This document shows, in pieces, positions 8,946 to 19,206 of a stretch of DNA of 64,000 nt. Made by a program: the position numbers and the translations under genes. The stretch spans positions 3,328,001 to 3,392,000 of the forward strand of contig OZ254086.1 of NCBI GenBank assembly GCA_965267575.1. The letters run 5' to 3'. How positions within the stretch are numbered: the first letter of the stretch is position 1; every line of letters begins with the position of its first letter. The notes beneath the pieces were generated by a model that saw nothing but the letters and a program-made list of their open reading frames with translations, was not told the origin of the DNA and made no database searches. Source of the stretch: Calditrichales bacterium. GTDB taxonomy: Bacteria; Calditrichota; Calditrichia; Calditrichales; J004.

Positions 8946-11615
8946 GTGAACAGGCTCACTATGCTGATATTTATGCTTTTATTTCCAATAGCGCTCATTG
9001 CTGGTGACATTAAAGGTATCATTGTGGATATCGCCACTGGCGAACCGCTTGTTGGTGCCAACGTTACAATTGAAGGAACAAATAAAGGTGCCGCAACGGA
9101 CCAGGACGGCTATTTCATTATAAAAGATGTAGAGGCCGGTGACATGACGCTTTTAGTAAGCTATATCGGGTACCAGGATTTGCGCGAGGCCGTGACATTG
9201 GGCGAGCAGCAAGACCTGGTGCTGGATCTTCAAATGCGCTCATCTACATTTACAGGTGAAACGATAACGGTAGAAATTACCAGGGCCCAGGAACGCCGGA
9301 CACCCGTTACTTTTACCGAAGTAAACCGTGAAGAAATTCTTGATAATTATACCACTCAGGATGTGCCGGACCTTATTAAATCTATTCCCGGTGTATTCAC
9401 AACGTCGGCCGGGCTGGGCGAAAGCGAGATTTATATACGTGGATTCGATGCTGAGCATATTCAGGTGTTGATAAACGGTATCCCGGAAAACGATCCTGAA
9501 TCTCAGGTGGTTTATTGGTCCAACTGGTCAGGGCTATCGGGCAATGCAGCATCGGTGCAGGTGCAACGCGGTGTGGGTGCTTCCCTTGTAGGCTCGGGCT
9601 CCTTTGGCGGTTCGGTTAACATTCAAACGTCTCAGTACAGCCCGACTCCCATGTTGCGCGTGCGCGGTTCTGTGGTCAGCTATGCCACAGACGCCGATAA
9701 AAGTGCGGACGGCACAGGCGGTTTCGATACCTACAATCCCGCCAACCAGATGTTTGCCATTGAATATGCCACCGGCATGATGTACGACGGCAAGCTGAAT
9801 GTATACGCACGCTATGAACGCAAAGCAGGTGATTCTTATATCCGTAGCACGGATTACAACGGTCATTCCTTTTATCTGGGCATGCAAAGCATTCTTGGGG
9901 ATCACATTCTTACTTTTAACGCCCACGGTGCGCCGCAGCGCCACAACCAGGCCAATGCGATAATAGACCCTGACCTGATTTCGCGGTTAGGTCGTGAATA
10001 TAACCGTTATAATCATCCTTACCAGGAAAACTATTACTTCAAGCCACAATTTGAATTGCACCATGACTGGAAAATCTCGAATGAGCAGTTTCTGACTACT
10101 CGTGCCTTTGCGACTACTGGCAATGGCGGCGGCCGTTATTTACGCAATGATTTCTTTGATGTAGAAACGGGCGAAGTGACTTTTCAGCGAGTAGACGAAG
10201 CGAGAAGCTGGAACTCTTTTGGACGCCATGCCAAGTGGGCCTATGAACAGCAAGGAGTCGTCCTGACCGGATACGATCCAAACACGGAAATTTTTTCGTA
10301 CGGTGGTATAACAGATACCGTTACGAGTTCAGGACGGCAACTGACTTCCAGTCAGTTCGATCACTCATGGCGAAATGATTCGCAAAATGATCATATTCAG
10401 TTTGGTGGCAATACCGCTTACCAGCAGAAGCTTAGCGATATGTTCACCATAACCGTAGGTGGTGAAGCACGTTACTGGGAAGCTCGTCACCATGCCCAGT
10501 CTTTCGACTTCCGTTATTATGATCCGGCTATGGGGGGCGTCGGTATTCTCGATGAAGTTCAAAAGCGTTACGACTACGACGGGATTGTTACAAACCTCTC
10601 CGCTTTTGGTCGATTGCTGGTTAGCCCGATGGAAAATTTAACTTTTATGTTTGATGGTCAATATGCACGTTACAATTCGCGTGTTGAAGAGCGCGATATC
10701 CGCATTTTTGACTTCGGAGCGGGGCAATTCAGCGATGCTACCTACAAAGCTTCGGAAAGCACGAGCAATTTCAGCGATGATGATTATGAGCGGACGTTTA
10801 GCTTCTTTATGCCCAAGTTCGGCGTTAACTTCAACTTCAGCCAAAACCTCAACTTTTTTGCCAATTACAGTATCTCCAAAAAAGAACCTAAAGTCGGTGA
10901 TTGGTATGATCGCGACGGCGGAGGTCCGGGTGCTGAACAAATTGGCGGCAAAGAGCTGGATCCTGAGACATTGACGAACATAGAGTTTGGTGTAGGCTAT
11001 GCATCTTCCTTTATCGGAATACAGGCAAACGTGTATATGATGACATTTGAGGATAAGATTGCTGAAGTAGTTAACCAAAGTCGTGAGGAAGAGACCTTCA
11101 ACGCGGGAAATGCTGATCACATAGGCTTTGAATTGATGGCCAGGGGACGCGTGGATCGTTTAGACGGTATGTTATCTTTCAGCTATTCACAAAATGAATG
11201 GACTGACCTTGCGGTAACGGAGATCTTCGATCAGGATGCTTCGGCTGTTGAAGGCAAGCAGGTGCCTTTTGTGCCCGCCCTTATGCTGAACGCCGAGCTT
11301 GGCTACAATCTCGACAGAATGCGCTTTTATATTGGCGGTTATCACTGGGATGAGTATTATGGAGACTATCTCAATGAGAACAAGCTGGATGCGTTTCTTG
11401 AGATTAATGCGGGTATGAGCTATAACTTCAGAATCGGAACTTCTCGCGTTGACCTCAGTCTTGACCTGTATAATATTACAAATGAAGATAATTTCGCCAA
11501 GGCAGACTGGACACGTGATTTCAACAGAAGTGACGACCTGGCCGGACAATACATGCTTTACGTATTGCCGTCCCCCAAATTCCATACGGCTTTAACCGCA
11601 CAGATTACCTTGTAG
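8946..11615 (+). CDS. TonB-dependent outer membrane receptor with N-terminal carboxypeptidase-regulatory-like domain
   Basis: Signal peptide; GEPLVGANVTIEGT..GAATDQDGYF; plug IYIRGF..VLINGIP..VQRGVG; aromatic-rich barrel. GTG start after CAGGAGG. Confidence 0.9.
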   Translation: MNRLTMLIFMLLFPIALIAGDIKGIIVDIATGEPLVGANVTIEGTNKGAATDQDGYFIIKDVEAGDMTLLVSYIGYQDLREAVTLGEQQDLVLDLQMRSSTFTGETITVEITRAQERRTPVTFTEVNREEILDNYTTQDVPDLIKSIPGVFTTSAGLGESEIYIRGFDAEHIQVLINGIPENDPESQVVYWSNWSGLSGNAASVQVQRGVGASLVGSGSFGGSVNIQTSQYSPTPMLRVRGSVVSYATDADKSADGTGGFDTYNPANQMFAIEYATGMMYDGKLNVYARYERKAGDSYIRSTDYNGHSFYLGMQSILGDHILTFNAHGAPQRHNQANAIIDPDLISRLGREYNRYNHPYQENYYFKPQFELHHDWKISNEQFLTTRAFATTGNGGGRYLRNDFFDVETGEVTFQRVDEARSWNSFGRHAKWAYEQQGVVLTGYDPNTEIFSYGGITDTVTSSGRQLTSSQFDHSWRNDSQNDHIQFGGNTAYQQKLSDMFTITVGGEARYWEARHHAQSFDFRYYDPAMGGVGILDEVQKRYDYDGIVTNLSAFGRLLVSPMENLTFMFDGQYARYNSRVEERDIRIFDFGAGQFSDATYKASESTSNFSDDDYERTFSFFMPKFGVNFNFSQNLNFFANYSISKKEPKVGDWYDRDGGGPGAEQIGGKELDPETLTNIEFGVGYASSFIGIQANVYMMTFEDKIAEVVNQSREEETFNAGNADHIGFELMARGRVDRLDGMLSFSYSQNEWTDLAVTEIFDQDASAVEGKQVPFVPALMLNAELGYNLDRMRFYIGGYHWDEYYGDYLNENKLDAFLEINAGMSYNFRIGTSRVDLSLDLYNITNEDNFAKADWTRDFNRSDDLAGQYMLYVLPSPKFHTALTAQITL

Positions 11616-11637
11616 ACATTAGCGGAATTGTTGCTAT

Positions 11638-11667
11638 AGGGAGAGCTTTTTCCGCTCTCCCTTTTTT
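11638..11667 (+). terminator. Intrinsic terminator
   Basis: AGGGAGAGC-N7-GCTCTCCCT followed by a T-tract. Confidence 0.85.
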
Positions 11668-11737
11668 ATTTCTTCAAAGATCACTTTCCTGCAAAAATTG
11701 AAAGTATTATATTAGTAACTTTACAAATTGGATTTAC

Positions 11738-12355
11738 ATGCGTTTTAACGTCGAAAACATTCATAAAACTTTTGGTTATTATCGCATTCTGAAAGGCGTT
11801 TCTTTCAGCGCGATGCCCGGAAAGAGCGTGGCCATTACGGGTCGTAACGGTGCCGGAAAAAGCACATTGCTGAAAATTTTGTGCGGTTTGTTGCGCGCAG
11901 ACAAGGGTCATGTGGCGCTTTCCCTGGAAGGGAAAAAAGACGTTGAAAGCCGTTATCTTTATCGCTATTTCGGGTTGGTTTCGCCTTACCTTCAGCTTTA
12001 TGAAGAGCTTACGGCGATAGAGAATCTGCGTTTTGCGGCGGACCTGCGCGGGCTGAAGAGCACCAACCAGGAGTTTTTTAATTTGCTGGAAATGGTCGGC
12101 CTTCAAAAAAGGGGCGATGACGCCGTAAAAACTTATTCTTCAGGTATGAAGCAAAGACTTAAATATGCGTTCGCCTACCAGGGCAACCCACCTTTACTGT
12201 TTCTGGATGAACCGACATCAAATCTGGATAAAGACGGCGTTGGGCGTGTTTACAATCTTATGAAAGAATATAAAAAAGAACATATACTGGTATTCGCCAC
12301 CAATGACGAACCCGATCTGCAGTGGGCGGACGAGATTGTGGATTTAAATGTTTAG
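11738..12355 (+). CDS. ccmA: Heme export ABC ATPase CcmA
   Basis: Walker A GRNGAGKST, signature YSSGMKQR, LDEP; first gene of the ccm cluster. Confidence 0.88.
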   Translation: MRFNVENIHKTFGYYRILKGVSFSAMPGKSVAITGRNGAGKSTLLKILCGLLRADKGHVALSLEGKKDVESRYLYRYFGLVSPYLQLYEELTAIENLRFAADLRGLKSTNQEFFNLLEMVGLQKRGDDAVKTYSSGMKQRLKYAFAYQGNPPLLFLDEPTSNLDKDGVGRVYNLMKEYKKEHILVFATNDEPDLQWADEIVDLNV

Positions 12356-13007
12356 GGTTTGGACTGTCCTGTTAAAAGATATGCGCCAGGAGTGGCGTTC
12401 GCGGGCGGCTATGAACGCAATCCTGCTATTTGCCGTGGTCAGCCTTAGTGCCGTTTCTTTTTCCGTTGGCGCTTTTAGCCTTAATGAAGATACCATGGCC
12501 GCGTTGTTGTGGATCGTGATTCTTTTTTCTTCCTTGTCCGGTTTTGCCCATGTTTTTCTGAAAGAGGAAGAGGCTCATACGGCCGATACGCTCAAACTGC
12601 TTGCTTCGCCCAATGAGATTTTTATGGGCAAGTTTTTGTTTAATTTTCTATTGCTGCTTGTCCTGGTTACGATAATCGTCCCTTTATTTGTGGCGCTGTT
12701 TAATGTGCCCGTCAAAAGTGTGGAACTTTTTATGGCGCTGGTCGTGCTTGGAGCGTTTGGTTTATCCGTAGGCGGAACGATCGTTGCTGCTATAATAGCC
12801 AAAGCATCTTCACGCGGTGCTTTGTTCAGTGTTTTGGCTTTTCCGATTTTGTTGCCGGTGGTTGTTTTTGGAATCAGCGGCACACGTGTTGCTTTTAAAA
12901 TTGAAGATGCAGCGTTGTTTGGTGACGAGATAAAAGTACTTATTGCTTATGGTGTTATTTTAACGACAGCTTCGATAATGCTTTTTGAATATATCTGGAA
13001 TGATTAA
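12348..13007 (+). CDS. ccmB: Heme exporter permease CcmB
   Basis: KDMRQEWRSR, LFSVLAFPILLP, about 6 TM segments; position in cluster. Confidence 0.88.
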   Translation: MFRVWTVLLKDMRQEWRSRAAMNAILLFAVVSLSAVSFSVGAFSLNEDTMAALLWIVILFSSLSGFAHVFLKEEEAHTADTLKLLASPNEIFMGKFLFNFLLLLVLVTIIVPLFVALFNVPVKSVELFMALVVLGAFGLSVGGTIVAAIIAKASSRGALFSVLAFPILLPVVVFGISGTRVAFKIEDAALFGDEIKVLIAYGVILTTASIMLFEYIWND

Positions 13008-13035
13008 ATCCTTTAACTGTGTTTAGAGTGATAAT

Positions 13036-13710
13036 ATGAATAAAGCTTTCTTAGAAAAGGCAGGGCAGGCTATACTGATCGTCTTGCTGCTGCTTGTTAT
13101 TTTGGGCGCTTACTTGTGGGCACCATTAGCAAAAGGTCTGGGCCAGTACACGCGGGTGCTCTATTTTCATGTTCCTGTCGCCTGGATTACCGTTGTCGCT
13201 TTTTTTGTTGCAGCCTGGTACAGTTTTTTGTATCTGCGCCGGCGGGACATCAGGTATGATCTTTATGCCGAAGCGGCCAACCAGCTTGGCATTCTTTTTT
13301 GTGTACTGGCAACCGTCACAGGTGCCTTCTGGGCCAAAGCCAGCTGGGGCGCTTACTGGAACTGGGATCCCCGACAGACGTCGATTTTCATCCTTTTGCT
13401 GATATATGCCGCCTATTTTGCCCTGCGTTCTGCCGTGGAGCAGGATGATGTTCGTGCCCGTTTGTCGGCGGTTTATTCGCTGCTGGCCTTTGTAACCGTA
13501 CCGTTTTTTATCTTTATAGTGCCCCGTTTATATGAATCTTTACATCCGGACCCATTGATTAATCCCGAAGCAAAGCTTAAAATGGACACTCGAATGTTTA
13601 CCGTATTCATGACATCGCTGGGTGCTTTTACGATTATATTTTTCTGGATGTTATCGCTTAAGAAGAGCATTATGAAAATGATTTACACCATTCGAAAAAT
13701 GGAGAATTAA
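13036..13710 (+). CDS. ccmC: Cytochrome c biogenesis protein CcmC
   Basis: YFHVPVAW, WWD-type motif WAKASWGAYWNWDPR, SLHP. Confidence 0.9.
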   Translation: MNKAFLEKAGQAILIVLLLLVILGAYLWAPLAKGLGQYTRVLYFHVPVAWITVVAFFVAAWYSFLYLRRRDIRYDLYAEAANQLGILFCVLATVTGAFWAKASWGAYWNWDPRQTSIFILLLIYAAYFALRSAVEQDDVRARLSAVYSLLAFVTVPFFIFIVPRLYESLHPDPLINPEAKLKMDTRMFTVFMTSLGAFTIIFFWMLSLKKSIMKMIYTIRKMEN

Positions 13711-13857
13711 ATGTCCGATATCTACGTTGTACTTGGAATAAATCTTATTGTCTGGGCTGGCGTGATGGGCTATATGATGTACCTGCACAATAAAGTGCGC
13801 CATTTGAAACATATCATGAAACAAAAAAATATAACCGAAACTGAACAGTCGGAATAA
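13711..13857 (+). CDS. ccmD: CcmD-like small membrane protein (48 aa, absent from the ORF track)
   Basis: MSDIYVVLGINLIVWAGVMGYMMYLHNKVRHLKHIMKQKNITETEQSE: one TM plus a charged tail, between ccmC and ccmE, SD GGAG. Confidence 0.75.
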   Translation: MSDIYVVLGINLIVWAGVMGYMMYLHNKVRHLKHIMKQKNITETEQSE

Positions 13858-13873
13858 TCCCCGGAGTATCATT

Positions 13874-14245
13874 ATGAAGATAAAGTATATCGTCGGCGCA
13901 GTAGTAATTATCGCTTTTGCGATTTATGCTGCTACATCTTTTCAATCTTCCATCACACCATACGTGTCGATTGAAGAAGCTGTCAGCTCAGGCGAAACCG
14001 TCCAGGTAAAAGGCCAACGCGTGGACAGCGGTAATTTCGATATGCAGAAGAACATGTTCACCTTTACCCTCAAGGATGAGAAGGGCAAAACCATCAATGT
14101 AATTTACGATGGTCCCAAGCCGGGTAATTTTGACCAGGCCACGGAGATCGTTTGCATTGGTGAATATAAGGGCGGTGAATTTCACGCCAAGAATATTCTG
14201 GTTAAATGTCCGTCCAAGTATCAGGAAGAAGGTGCAAAAGTATGA
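13874..14245 (+). CDS. ccmE: Heme chaperone CcmE, Cys variant (CxxxY)
   Basis: N-terminal anchor; YDGPKPGNF; ILVKCPSKY. Confidence 0.9.
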   Translation: MKIKYIVGAVVIIAFAIYAATSFQSSITPYVSIEEAVSSGETVQVKGQRVDSGNFDMQKNMFTFTLKDEKGKTINVIYDGPKPGNFDQATEIVCIGEYKGGEFHAKNILVKCPSKYQEEGAKV

Positions 14246-16470
14246 TTTTAGGCATCACGTTAACCTCGCTAACATTTGTTGCTTTAATTCTTACAATCAC
14301 GGCCTATTACCTCTACCACCGGCGTCAGGAAGATTCCATGATCCGGCTGGCCAGGATGGGCTTTTACTCTTCAGTAGGGCTGATTGTTGTACAGGTGGCT
14401 ATGCTTCTATGGGGCATCATCACGCACCGTTTTGAGTGGATATATGTCTTTTCCTACTCCTCGCGTGACCTGCCGCTTCACTATCTTATTGCCACATTCT
14501 GGGCCGGGCAGGAGGGTACATTCCTGCTGTGGCTGCTTTTTGGCTCTATCTTTGGCATAGTTATTATTCGTTCCCGTAAAGATGATGAGCCCCTGGCTAT
14601 GAGCTTTATGAGTATGATCCAGGCGTTTATCGTTCTTATCCTGATTAAAAAGAATCCATTTTCCTACGTCTGGCAGATCAACCCGCAGGCATTCCAGGCG
14701 GGTGGCGTTCCTTTTGACGGAAGCGGCCTGAACCCGCTCTTGCAGGACCCCTGGATGACTATACATCCGCCAATATTGTTTGCCGGCTATTCATCCACGA
14801 TGATTCTGTTTTCCTTTGCCATGGCGGCGTTGGTGCGCCAGCAATATGACAACTGGATTCGCAGCGTCTATCCGTTTGCGCTTTTTGTGGCACTAACCCT
14901 GGGAACGGGCATTATTCTTGGCGGCTACTGGGCATATACCACTTTAGGCTGGGGCGGCTACTGGGCCTGGGACCCTGTGGAAAACAGCTCGCTTATCCCC
15001 TGGCTAATGTCGCTGGCCTTGTTCCACGGTATAATGGTTCAGCGTCGGCAGGGCGGAATGAAACGCACCAACCTGATGCTTGCCATCGGCTCGTTTTTCA
15101 TGGTGCTGTACGGCAGTTTTCTAACACGTAGCGGCATTCTGACGGATTTCTCCGTCCACTCGTTCTCGGAGTCAACTATCTCCCCCTACCTGATCGGATT
15201 TATGTTTCTGTTTGGCGGAATCGGCTTAATCGCTTTTCTGTACCGCATGCCGCGCTTTAAGGGAGAGCATATCGATAACGGATTTTTTACCCGTGAATCG
15301 TTTATGGCTTTTGGTATTTTGCTGCTGTTGATCCTTGCCGCGTTTACGTTTGTCGGCACGAGCTGGCCACTGTTTTCACAGATTTTCGGTGACCAGGCAG
15401 ACGCCGTGAGCATTGAAGCATACAACAAATTCGGTGGCCCGATTGCCATACTGCTTGGCTTTATGATCGCCATTGCACCCGTATTCAGCTGGAAGCGTGA
15501 AAGTCTCGATAAGCTGAAAAGCATCGCCCTGCATTCGGCCTTAAGCTTGGTCCTTGGCGTTCTGGCATTTATGGCCGGTATCCGCGGCGTTATCCCGTTG
15601 CTGATTACGGTAATGGCCATTTTTATTTTGCTGATCAACGGCGAGATCGTTCTGCGCATGATACGCCAGAAAAATTTCTCTTTTGGGGGATACCTGGCAC
15701 ACGTTGGTGTGGGACTAATGCTTATCGGTATTGTGACATCCTCGTTTTACGATACATCCACAAAGATAACTTTGCCGCGGGATGTAAATACCAGCATCAT
15801 GGGTTATGAACTTCGCTATGGCGGAAAAGAAGATTCACCGGATGGCAAAGATAAGGTTCTGATTACCATTAACAACACGGATGAAACCTACGCCAAATTC
15901 TACTGGAGCGATTACAGCCAGGCTTACATGGTGGCGCCGTCGGTTAAGAATATGCTGGTGCAGGATCTTTACATTTCTCCGATCCAGATCATTCCAGCTT
16001 CCGATAACAGCGGACCCGCCGATGAGGTCAATCTTAACAAAGGCGAACGTCAGGCCTTTGAAGATTACTACCTGCTTCTGGATGGCTATGATATGGGCTC
16101 GCATGAAGAGCAGGCTTCCGGTGCAATGAAGATTTATGCGCGGGTAAAAGTGTTTGATGCGCAAGGCCAGGAACTCGGCGAGATTCGTCCCGGATTGGGC
16201 GTGCAGGGCAGGAGCCGGGAAACTTATCCGGACGTTATTCCGGGCACGCAGCGCAAAGTACACATTAAAGGCGTTGCCGTGGAACAGCAGCAGCTTATTC
16301 TTGGCATAAGCCGTTCCGGGGTTAGCAACAATCCCTACGAAGGAAAAGAGCTGCTCGCGGTAGAGGTTTCTATCAAGCCGCTTATCAACGTACTGTGGCT
16401 TGGCACTTTGGTTATGATTGGCGGCTTTATCGCTACCATTTTTAACCGTACCAATCGAAAAAAGCTTTAA
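14242..16470 (+). CDS. ccmF: Heme lyase CcmF
   Basis: WAGQEG, LNPLLQDPWMTIHPP, WAYTTLGWGGYWAWDPVEN, SVHSF. ATG overlaps the ccmE stop (ATGA). Confidence 0.93.
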   Translation: MILGITLTSLTFVALILTITAYYLYHRRQEDSMIRLARMGFYSSVGLIVVQVAMLLWGIITHRFEWIYVFSYSSRDLPLHYLIATFWAGQEGTFLLWLLFGSIFGIVIIRSRKDDEPLAMSFMSMIQAFIVLILIKKNPFSYVWQINPQAFQAGGVPFDGSGLNPLLQDPWMTIHPPILFAGYSSTMILFSFAMAALVRQQYDNWIRSVYPFALFVALTLGTGIILGGYWAYTTLGWGGYWAWDPVENSSLIPWLMSLALFHGIMVQRRQGGMKRTNLMLAIGSFFMVLYGSFLTRSGILTDFSVHSFSESTISPYLIGFMFLFGGIGLIAFLYRMPRFKGEHIDNGFFTRESFMAFGILLLLILAAFTFVGTSWPLFSQIFGDQADAVSIEAYNKFGGPIAILLGFMIAIAPVFSWKRESLDKLKSIALHSALSLVLGVLAFMAGIRGVIPLLITVMAIFILLINGEIVLRMIRQKNFSFGGYLAHVGVGLMLIGIVTSSFYDTSTKITLPRDVNTSIMGYELRYGGKEDSPDGKDKVLITINNTDETYAKFYWSDYSQAYMVAPSVKNMLVQDLYISPIQIIPASDNSGPADEVNLNKGERQAFEDYYLLLDGYDMGSHEEQASGAMKIYARVKVFDAQGQELGEIRPGLGVQGRSRETYPDVIPGTQRKVHIKGVAVEQQQLILGISRSGVSNNPYEGKELLAVEVSIKPLINVLWLGTLVMIGGFIATIFNRTNRKKL

Positions 16471-16489
16471 CCGCAAATAAAGTTTAAAG

Positions 16490-16522
16490 GGCCGCTCAAA
16501 CATTTGTGCGGCCTTTTTTTTT
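16490..16522 (+). terminator. Intrinsic terminator after the ccm operon
   Basis: GGCCGC...GCGGCC stem followed by T9. Confidence 0.8.
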
Positions 16523-16599
16523 GCATGTCGCTCATGTTGAAATACCTCATACAAAGCGGTAAATTAAAAACTTGTTTTTTTGAAATAATGGTTCTGTGA

Positions 16600-17334
16600 A
16601 TGCCCAGAATAAAACTGATTCTCGAATACGACGGAACGCCATTCGCAGGCTGGCAGTGGCAGGATAATGCCAGAAGCATTCAGGGGGAATTGGAAAAGGC
16701 ACTTAAAACGGTATTGCGCCGTGAAATGCGCGTTACCGCTTCGGGGAGAACCGACGCGGGGGTGCATGCCCGCAATCAGGTTGCGCATTGCGATATTGAA
16801 GAAAAGACAGACCTTTTCAGGGTACAGTCATCGCTCAATGCTCTGCTTCCTGATGAAATAGCCGTAAAAGACATTTCTTATTGCGCAGATGATTTCAATG
16901 CCCGGTTTGATGCAAAAAAGCGACTTTACAGATATTATATTACAAAAACTCCAACGGCTCTAAATAAGCGTTTTAGCTGGTACCTGAATTATTCGTTCAA
17001 TTATACGCTGATGCAGGACGGTGCGGAGATTATTGCTTCTGCAACGGACTTCAAAAGCTTTTGCAAGACCGGTTCTAATAATACACATTACCGATGTGTG
17101 ATTTTCAATGCCGGATGGCGCAAAGACGCGAGAACGGGCATGTGGTTTTTTGAGATCAAAGCCAACCGCTTTTTGTACGGGATGGTGCGCGCCCTCGTTG
17201 GTACGCTGGTCGAACTGGGCAGGGGACGCATTGGTATAGACGATTTAAAGTATTTAATTGAAGCGCGTGACAGAACAAAGGTGCCTTTTACAGCACCCGC
17301 ACGCGGACTTTTTTTGGAAGAAATAACATATTAA
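16600..17334 (+). CDS. truA: tRNA pseudouridine(38-40) synthase
   Basis: [27 protein letters not shown]. Confidence 0.95.
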   Translation: MPRIKLILEYDGTPFAGWQWQDNARSIQGELEKALKTVLRREMRVTASGRTDAGVHARNQVAHCDIEEKTDLFRVQSSLNALLPDEIAVKDISYCADDFNARFDAKKRLYRYYITKTPTALNKRFSWYLNYSFNYTLMQDGAEIIASATDFKSFCKTGSNNTHYRCVIFNAGWRKDARTGMWFFEIKANRFLYGMVRALVGTLVELGRGRIGIDDLKYLIEARDRTKVPFTAPARGLFLEEITY

Positions 17335-17360
17335 GAAAGAAAACAACCAAGGAGTATCAG

Positions 17361-18008
17361 ATGAAATTTTTTATCGACACGGCCAATCTGGACCAGATTA
17401 AGGAAGCCGCCAGCATAGGTGTGCTGGATGGTGTAACGACTAATCCCAGTCTTATTGCCAAAGAAAAAGGCAAGCCGGAAGAGATTTACCGCCAGATCTG
17501 CGAAGTTGTAGACGGACCGGTGAATGCTGAAGTTGTGGCTCTGGACGCGGAAGGAATGATTCGTGAAGGACGTGAACTGGCCAAGATCCATGATAACATT
17601 GTTGTAAAAGTACCAATGACCAAAGACGGCCTGAAAGCTGTAAAGACATTCGCCGCAGAGGGTACACGCACTAATGTGACGCTCGTTTTTTCACCCGTTC
17701 AGGCATTGCTTGCGGCACGCGCCGGCGCCAGCTTTGTATCGCCTTTTGTGGGCCGGCTGGACGATATCTCCACCCCGGGAATGGAATTGATTGGTCAGAT
17801 CGTACAGATATTCAATAATTACGCGTTGGATACCGAAGTGCTTGTGGCCAGTGTTCGTCACCCGCTGCATGTTGTAGATGCGGCCATGATGGGTGCCGAT
17901 ATCGCAACCATACCGTTTAAGGTCATCGAACAGTTGCTTAAACACCCGCTTACCGATATTGGTATTGAGCGTTTCCTGAGCGATTACAATAAAGTTTTTG
18001 GTAAGTAA
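17361..18008 (+). CDS. tal: Transaldolase (small FSA/TalC family)
   Basis: [33 protein letters not shown] has Phe at the TAL/FSA discriminating site. Confidence 0.9.
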   Translation: MKFFIDTANLDQIKEAASIGVLDGVTTNPSLIAKEKGKPEEIYRQICEVVDGPVNAEVVALDAEGMIREGRELAKIHDNIVVKVPMTKDGLKAVKTFAAEGTRTNVTLVFSPVQALLAARAGASFVSPFVGRLDDISTPGMELIGQIVQIFNNYALDTEVLVASVRHPLHVVDAAMMGADIATIPFKVIEQLLKHPLTDIGIERFLSDYNKVFGK

Positions 18009-18022
18009 CTACGGATTATAAT

Positions 18023-19204
18023 TTGCGCCCTATTCTGATGCTCGTTTTTGGTTTGATTCTTGGCTTCCTGTTGTACGGCGCGCTGGACAGCAGCGAAGAA
18101 AATACGGCACTCACAGGTCCTGCCGCTCAGCAGGCGACGGCTTTTGATACGGCCAACGCTTATACGCCCGCCGGGCAGAGTATTGATACAGGACGGGAAA
18201 CGGCCATTACGCGTGCCGTAAATCGCGTGGAACCGGCCGTTGTATCCATCAACGTGATTACAACTGTAACACGTTCCCGCGGCTATGGCGATCCTTTTCT
18301 TCGACGCTTTTTCCCGGACATTTTTCGTGACCGGATTTATCAGCAGAATGTTGAGTCGATTGGTTCAGGGTTTATTATTTCCCAAGACGGCTATGTTGTT
18401 ACAAACGAGCACGTAAGCAAAGACGAAAACAGCAAAATTACAGTCACAACTGCAGATGGCGAAGAACATCCGGCCAAGCTGGTCGGCAGTGATGTTATGT
18501 CCGATATCGCATTGCTGAAAATTGAGGGCAATAGCTTTACACCTGTAAATTTTGGTGATTCCGATGACCTGATAATCGGCGAGTGGGTAATCGCGCTTGG
18601 CAATCCTTTTGGGCTGTTTAAGCGAAAAAAACCTACGGTAACCGTCGGTGTAATCAGCGCTACAGAGCGTAATCTCGGCAATGTAAATAATCGCATTTAT
18701 CTGGATATGATACAAACCGACGCGGCTATCAACACCGGGAACAGCGGCGGTCCCTTGTGTAATGCGCACGGCGAAGTAATTGGTATGAATACCCTTATTT
18801 TTAGCGATAATGCCGGCGGCAACGTGGGTATTGGTTTCGCCATCCCCATAAACAGGGTCAAATCGATTGTGGCCGAGCTGAAAGAAAACAAAAAGATAGA
18901 GCGCGATTTCTGGGTTGGTATTTATTACAGGCCTTTTGGGCCTAACGTTGCGCGTGAGATGGGCTACGCTGAAGATCGCGGGATATATGTTTCGCAGCTG
19001 TTGCGCGGTAGCCCCGCCGTGAAAGCCGGCGTCCAATTGGGCGATATCGTGGTGGCCATAAACGGCATAAAGGTGGAAGACGAAAAATCGGTTGAGACGG
19101 CGATGTCATCAAAATACCTGCGTGTGGGAGATATTCTTCCTGTGCGCGTCTGGCGGGACGGCCGCTACGTTGACCTGGAAATAAAACTTGAAAAGCAGAG
19201 ATAA
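18023..19204 (+). CDS. HtrA/DegP-family serine protease with one PDZ domain
   Basis: GSGFII, VTNEHV, SDIALLK, IQTDAAINTGNSGGPL; C-terminal PDZ; N-terminal anchor. Confidence 0.92.
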   Translation: MRPILMLVFGLILGFLLYGALDSSEENTALTGPAAQQATAFDTANAYTPAGQSIDTGRETAITRAVNRVEPAVVSINVITTVTRSRGYGDPFLRRFFPDIFRDRIYQQNVESIGSGFIISQDGYVVTNEHVSKDENSKITVTTADGEEHPAKLVGSDVMSDIALLKIEGNSFTPVNFGDSDDLIIGEWVIALGNPFGLFKRKKPTVTVGVISATERNLGNVNNRIYLDMIQTDAAINTGNSGGPLCNAHGEVIGMNTLIFSDNAGGNVGIGFAIPINRVKSIVAELKENKKIERDFWVGIYYRPFGPNVAREMGYAEDRGIYVSQLLRGSPAVKAGVQLGDIVVAINGIKVEDEKSVETAMSSKYLRVGDILPVRVWRDGRYVDLEIKLEKQR

Positions 19205-19206
19205 CA

